Part shown: piece by piece, positions 59,484-64,000 of the stretch
Position numbering within the stretch: the first letter of the stretch is position 1
Layout: each line of letters begins with the position of its first letter
Source: Selaginella moellendorffii
Lineage: Eukaryota > Plantae > Lycopodiophyta
NCBI RefSeq assembly: GCF_000143415.4
Contig: NW_003314345.1
Location: 266,574 to 330,573, forward strand
Direction: 5' to 3'
Length of the DNA stretch: 64,000 nt
Notes under the pieces: generated by a model
What the model saw: only the letters and a program-made list of their open reading frames with translations
The model's database searches: none
Told to the model about the DNA's origin: nothing
Made by a program: the position numbers and the translations under genes

Positions 59484-62400
59484 GTTCGCGGGGCCTTACG
59501 AGATTGAGGCTCGAATCGGTAAAGTGGCTTACTGTTTCTGACTTCCTCGAGAAATGGGGAAGATGCATCCCGTGTTCCACGTGAACTTACTCAAGCCGTA
59601 TTTTGAGGATCCGCTTCGCAAGGACCAAGTAAGACCTTTACCTGAAGTTATCCAAGGGGAGGAGGAATACGAAGTCGAGGCCATCCTCAATGCACGCAAG
59701 AGCAAGCGACAAGGACGCGAGGTGAGAGAGTTCCATGTGAAGTGGAAAGGATTTCCACACTGCGAAGCAACATGGGAACCGGAGGAGAATATAGCGAAGG
59801 CGCGAGATCTAGTGGAGGAATTTCTGCATGGCAGAACTCTATGTACTTATGCAAAGTTCAATTAAAAGTATCAATTTGAGAAGTTGAGCAATGGCATATG
59901 TTGGGACCCGAAGGCGTGCCGAAGGTAAGCTAATTAGCATGGGTTAGCTAGGTCGACCAGGCGTAGGGAGCTACGCCCGACTCTCTGTGAGGATGTCGAA
60001 TCCGTAGACGTATTCTACGGAGGTTGGGTTCAAGTCCCAACCCCCTAGTAAAGCAAGGCTGGGTTCAAGTCCCGACCCCATACTAGGGCGTGGTGAGGTG
60101 AGGAGTATAGGGACACCTATATTCCGTTGTCATGGGCTCTTGGCCGGGGAGGCTGACTTAGGCACACCGCTAAGTGGGGGGATGCCCCCGGAGACATGGT
60201 CAACAAGTCATAGGATAAAAAAGAGACGTTCGATGTGGGCATCGAACTTCTTCTATGGGTGGTGGAGTTGTAAGGAACCAACTCGCCGAGGTGTCGTAGG
60301 CTAAAGGAACCCCGAAAGCATGACCAAAATGACAAAGAGTTCATCGGATGGGACCAAGTCAAAGATCAAGTCCAAGACCGACTCTAGGACCGAGTTCGAG
60401 ATAGAGTCCGGAATCGAGTCCGAGACCGACTCGGGGACCGAGTTTGAGTCCGAGTTTGAGACCGAGTTCGAGACGGAGTCCGAGATCCGAAATCGGGTCC
60501 AAGACCGAGTCCGAGGTCGAGTCCGAGGTCGGGTCCGAGGTCGGGTCCGAGATCGAGTCCAAGATCGAGTCCGAGACCGAATCCAAAGTTGGATCCGAAA
60601 TCGGATCCGAGATCGAGCCAGAGACTAAGTCCAAATACTAATACCGGTCAAGGGGTGAAAGCCCAAAGCGTGCGTCTCCCAGGGGGGGGGGGGGCTGCAG
60701 GGGGTTCCAAAAGTATAGTAGGGATAGTGAGGTCCAGGAACCAGTTTTGAAGGGACTCTCCAGTTGGGCTTCCAAACCGACTTGAGGTTGAGACTGGGAC
60801 CGAGGGGCCTTGGGTGGGAGTGAGCATGGACTTGGTTGGTGCTAGAGGGGCCATCCAAGGAAGTGCTCAAGAGCAGCTCCCACTCCCGAAAGGGAAACCG
60901 ATTGCGGTGCTCCCGGCTCATGTGGAATGGTGCCCCACTTGAGTACCATGCGGCTCATTGGTCCTCGCCCTTCCTAGGGGCTTGGGCCTTCCTTCGGGAT
61001 GGAAGTGGGGGGCGAGAGGTACCCATACCGGGCCGCTAGGCCACGGTGTTTCACCCCGGCGTCCCGAAGCAAGTGTTGCACTCAAGACTTGGGATTTAGA
61101 GGGTCCCATGATCAAGTCTTGTGGTACTAAGGGATGTTAGGAACCTGGAAGCTTGGTGTGCTTGGCTGCTTGTGCTTGTGGGGAGTGTAGCCGAACCTTA
61201 AGTCCAGTCTAACCCGGGGAGGGGGATTGGGAGTGATTTGGGAATCCGTGGATGGATGGCTAACACTCTGTTGCTCGTGCAGTGAGTAGCTGAAACCAAG
61301 TAGGAGCTGGTACCATAGGCGAGAACCTTGGCAAGGGAACTTAGCAAAAGCCAAGGCAGTGTTGGACGGATAGACGAGGTAAGCTGGCAAATGGGAAAGG
61401 AAAAATTTGTGGCTTACATCTATGTGCCACGTGTCACATGCCAAAGCACAGTGGAGTGAAACCCAAGTTTCAGGGCCTTAGGTACCACTAACATATCAAC
61501 CCGTTACACTAGGCCACGCCCATTCACCTTGGTCACATTGGTGGTTTAACACCACCTGCATTGCAATCCCGTCTCTCCAACATTGAGCCATCCGTCCATG
61601 GGTAGTCATCCCAGATCCACTCCTTGGCATCCTTAGGATGTCTGCAGACATGGGGAATAGCCTTCCCCAATATCTCCGTTCCGGTCCCCACCAAGTCCCT
61701 TTCTGTCCTTAGTCGTGTTCGCCAACACTGCCACTGGATCAAGGCCCACGAGCCCGACAGCTAAGTCCATTGGCATCTGGGACTACCTCACTGTGCGATT
61801 GTGTCCTTGGTCACCACACTAGAGGGCTACTCTTTTTCCTTTCCACAGTCTGGGACTTTGGGACAACATTTCGGAACACCGTGGCCCTATGTAGGCCTCA
61901 TGGGTACTCCCCCACCTTCTGCCTTTAGGTGCTCTAGCCATGGGCTTAGAGCGAGGTTCCGTTGAGCCACGCCAGGTATCCAAGTAGGTAGTGCCACCCA
62001 CACTTGGATTGGGAGCATCGGCTAGTCGATCTCCCAGGGGAACTAGAGCTGGCTCTTGAACACTTCACCAAGCTACTCCGCTTGTCGGTCTGTGTTCACT
62101 CTAGTTTTGGACTTCCCAGTGAGCAGCTCATCACCCAACACTGGGTACAACCTTCCTAGGCCAAACTAGCCTTTCCTGGCCAAACTGGCCTTTCCTGGCC
62201 AAACTGGCTCCATTGCAATCCTCCCCCTTACTATACTTTTGGAGCTCACCAAACCCCCTAGGGTCTGGGAGATGAACGCTTTGGGCTTTCACCCTCTCAG
62301 ACTTGAACTCGGACTCGGACTCGGACTCAGACTCACACTCGGACTCGGGCTCGGTCTCGGTCTCGGCCTCGGCCTTGGTCTTGGTCTCAGTCTCGATCTT

Positions 62401-62669
62401 GACTTTGGACTCCATCTCAGGTCCTTCTCGGACTCCATCTCGGGTCCATCTCGGACTCTGTCTCGGATCCATCTCGGACACTTCCACATGTCATGTGTTG
62501 GTCCTCTTATGTCCCTTTTCTAGAGACTCACTTATCTCTCACTTCGTGCTTGTTCCTCGAACACTTCATTAGGAGTTCCACTCCCATTCTTGACCTTTCA
62601 AGTCAAAGTTTTTAGTCCAAACATGTTACGCTCGTTTGGGTTTTGCTTCGGCCACTACTACATGTCACC

Positions 62670-63664
62670 TGTAAGGAACCAACTCGCCGAGGTGTCGTAG
62701 GCTAAAGGAACCCCGAAAGCATGACCAAAATGACAAAGAGTTCATCGGATGGGACCAAGTCGAAGATCGAGTCCAAGACCGACTCTAGGACCGAGTTCGA
62801 GATAGAGTCCGAAATCGAGTCCGAACCCGAATCTGAAGTCGGATCCGAAATCGGGTCCGAGATCGAGCCAGAGACTAAGTCCAAATACTAATACCGGTCA
62901 AGGGGTGAAAGCCCAAAGCCTGCGTCTCCCAGGGGGGGGGGGGGGGCTGCAGGGGGTTCCAAAAGTATAGTAGGGATAGTGAGGTCCAGGAACCAGTTTT
63001 GAAGGGACTCTCTAGTTGGGCTTCCAAACCGACTTGAGGTTGAGACTGGGACCGAGGGGCCTTGGGTGGGAGTGAGCATGGACTTGGTTGGTGCCGGAGG
63101 GGCCATCCAAGGAAGTGCTCAAGAGCAGCTCCCACTCCCGAAACCGATTGCGGTGCTTCTGGCTCATGTGGAGTGGTGCCCCACTTGAGTACCATGCAGC
63201 TAATTCATCCTCGCCCTTCCTAGGGGCTTGGGCCTTCCTTCGGGATGGAAGTGGGGGGGTAGAGGTACCCATACCGGGCCGCTAGGCCACGGTGTTTCGC
63301 CCCGGCGTCCCGAAGCAAGTGTTGCACTCAAGACTTGGGATTTAGAGGGTCCCATGATCAAGTCTTGTGGTACCAAGCGATGTTAGGAACCTGGAAGCTT
63401 GGTGTGCTTGGCTGCTTGTGCTTGTGGGGAGTGTAGCCGAACCTTAAGTCCAGTCTAACCTGGGAAGGGGGATTGGGAGTGATTTGGGAATCCGTGGATG
63501 GATGGCTAACACTCCGTTGCTCGTGCAGTGAGTAGCTGAGACCAAGTAGGAGCTAGTACCATAGGCGAGAACCTTGGCAAGGGAACTTAGCAAAGGCCAA
63601 AGCGGTGTTGGACGGATAGACGAGGTAAGCTGGCAAATTGGAAAGGAAAAATTTGTGGCTTACA
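62670..63664 (+). mobile_element. 5' LTR of another family A element (continues past the window end)
   Basis: TGTAAGG...GGCTTACA with a shortened hexamer array; PBS TGGTATCGGAGCC at 63668-63680. Confidence 0.95.
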
Positions 63665-63723
63665 ATTTGGTATCGGAGCCTTTTCCTCAGTTCTAGCAAA
63701 GGATAGAGGCGGATTGCTGGGAG

Positions 63724-64000
63724 ATGGCAAGGGCAGGGCGTAAGCGAACCCAGGCGGAGACGGAACCTCCGCCAGAGCTGGAGCCTCCGGTCGAACAAGA
63801 GGCTATGGATGAGGAATCCTTGCATGAGGAGGACTCCAGTGAGGAAACTTCCAAACAGGAGTCCGGTGGCGAGGTTCGGTCGTCCAAGGTTCGATTGGAC
63901 GTGCTAGAAGGACAGTTGGCACAGACCAATGCCCTGCTGGAGACTCTCGTACGCAAGCTAAAGCGTGATGAGAAGCGAAGGAAAAAGCGAAAGACTGCGG
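63724..64000 (+). CDS. gag: gag N-terminus of the second family A element (partial)
   Basis: MARAGRKRTQAETEPPPELEPP..., near-identical to 56141 onward. Confidence 0.9.
   Translation, partial: MARAGRKRTQAETEPPPELEPPVEQEAMDEESLHEEDSSEETSKQESGGEVRSSKVRLDVLEGQLAQTNALLETLVRKLKRDEKRRKKRKTA

Larger units (their letters stand above)
57363..59865 (+). pseudogene. pol: pol: protease, RT, (RNase H deleted), integrase with two introns, chromodomain
   Basis: [85 protein letters not shown]...VKWKGF...TWEPEEN. Confidence 0.95.
54938..61418 (+). mobile_element. Ty3/gypsy chromovirus (family A) with TSD TCTAT; RNase H deleted; introns in integrase
   Basis: LTRs 54938-56089 and 60269-61418. TCTAT at 54933-54937 and 61419-61423. 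PBS TGGTATCGGAGCCA at 56093-56106 and PPT at about 60255-60268. Domain order gag, PR, RT, IN, chromodomain. Confidence 0.97.
54717..62669 (-). mobile_element. Second family B LTR (54717-54937 plus 61424-62669), hit by two family A insertions
   Basis: Pieces are colinear with 50526-51965 and continuous across the TCTAT TSD. Confidence 0.85.

Noticed and set aside
59843-59883. AT-rich stretch after the chromodomain as a further intron
   Set aside because: Weak splice signals and no conserved motif to test restoration
60022-60077. tRNA gene or tRNA-derived SINE suggested by GGTTCAAGTCC
   Set aside because: No D-arm/A-box, anticodon arm or acceptor stem; reported instead as a hairpin module

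Overview
Eukaryotic plant genomic DNA. The short (about 45-70 nt) GT-AG introns, very tight gene packing and S-motif-rich PLS PPR gene suggest a Selaginella-type lycophyte genome (inference). There are four zones. (1) 1-10.8 kb is a nest of Ty3/gypsy LTR elements: an old gag-pol, a solo LTR with TSD, and a complete element with near-identical LTRs around a heavily decayed core. (2) 10.8-20 kb is an AT-rich island with an intact secreted orphan-domain + bulb-lectin gene and gene/TE relics (PDC, PPR, probable LINE). (3) 20-47 kb is gene-dense: two Crinkler/RHS-type cassettes (NTPase+REase; REase-like+kinase) around a germin gene, then patatin, VPE, two small divergent genes, a NOT4-like RING, GT47, Di19, GOS11, GT61, PPR, BRO1-like and an AG-peptide. 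(4) 48.5-64 kb is a second LTR nest containing a TSD-flanked chromovirus. The main observation is that this chromovirus carries two canonical spliceosomal introns inside integrase, and splicing them restores HPQT-D-GQTERVN and the GPY/F motif. It also has a candidate Gag-terminating intron, mirrored in the older element, and a 3' double T-loop hairpin module shared with a non-coding element. Family labels A, B and C are my own labels for this window.
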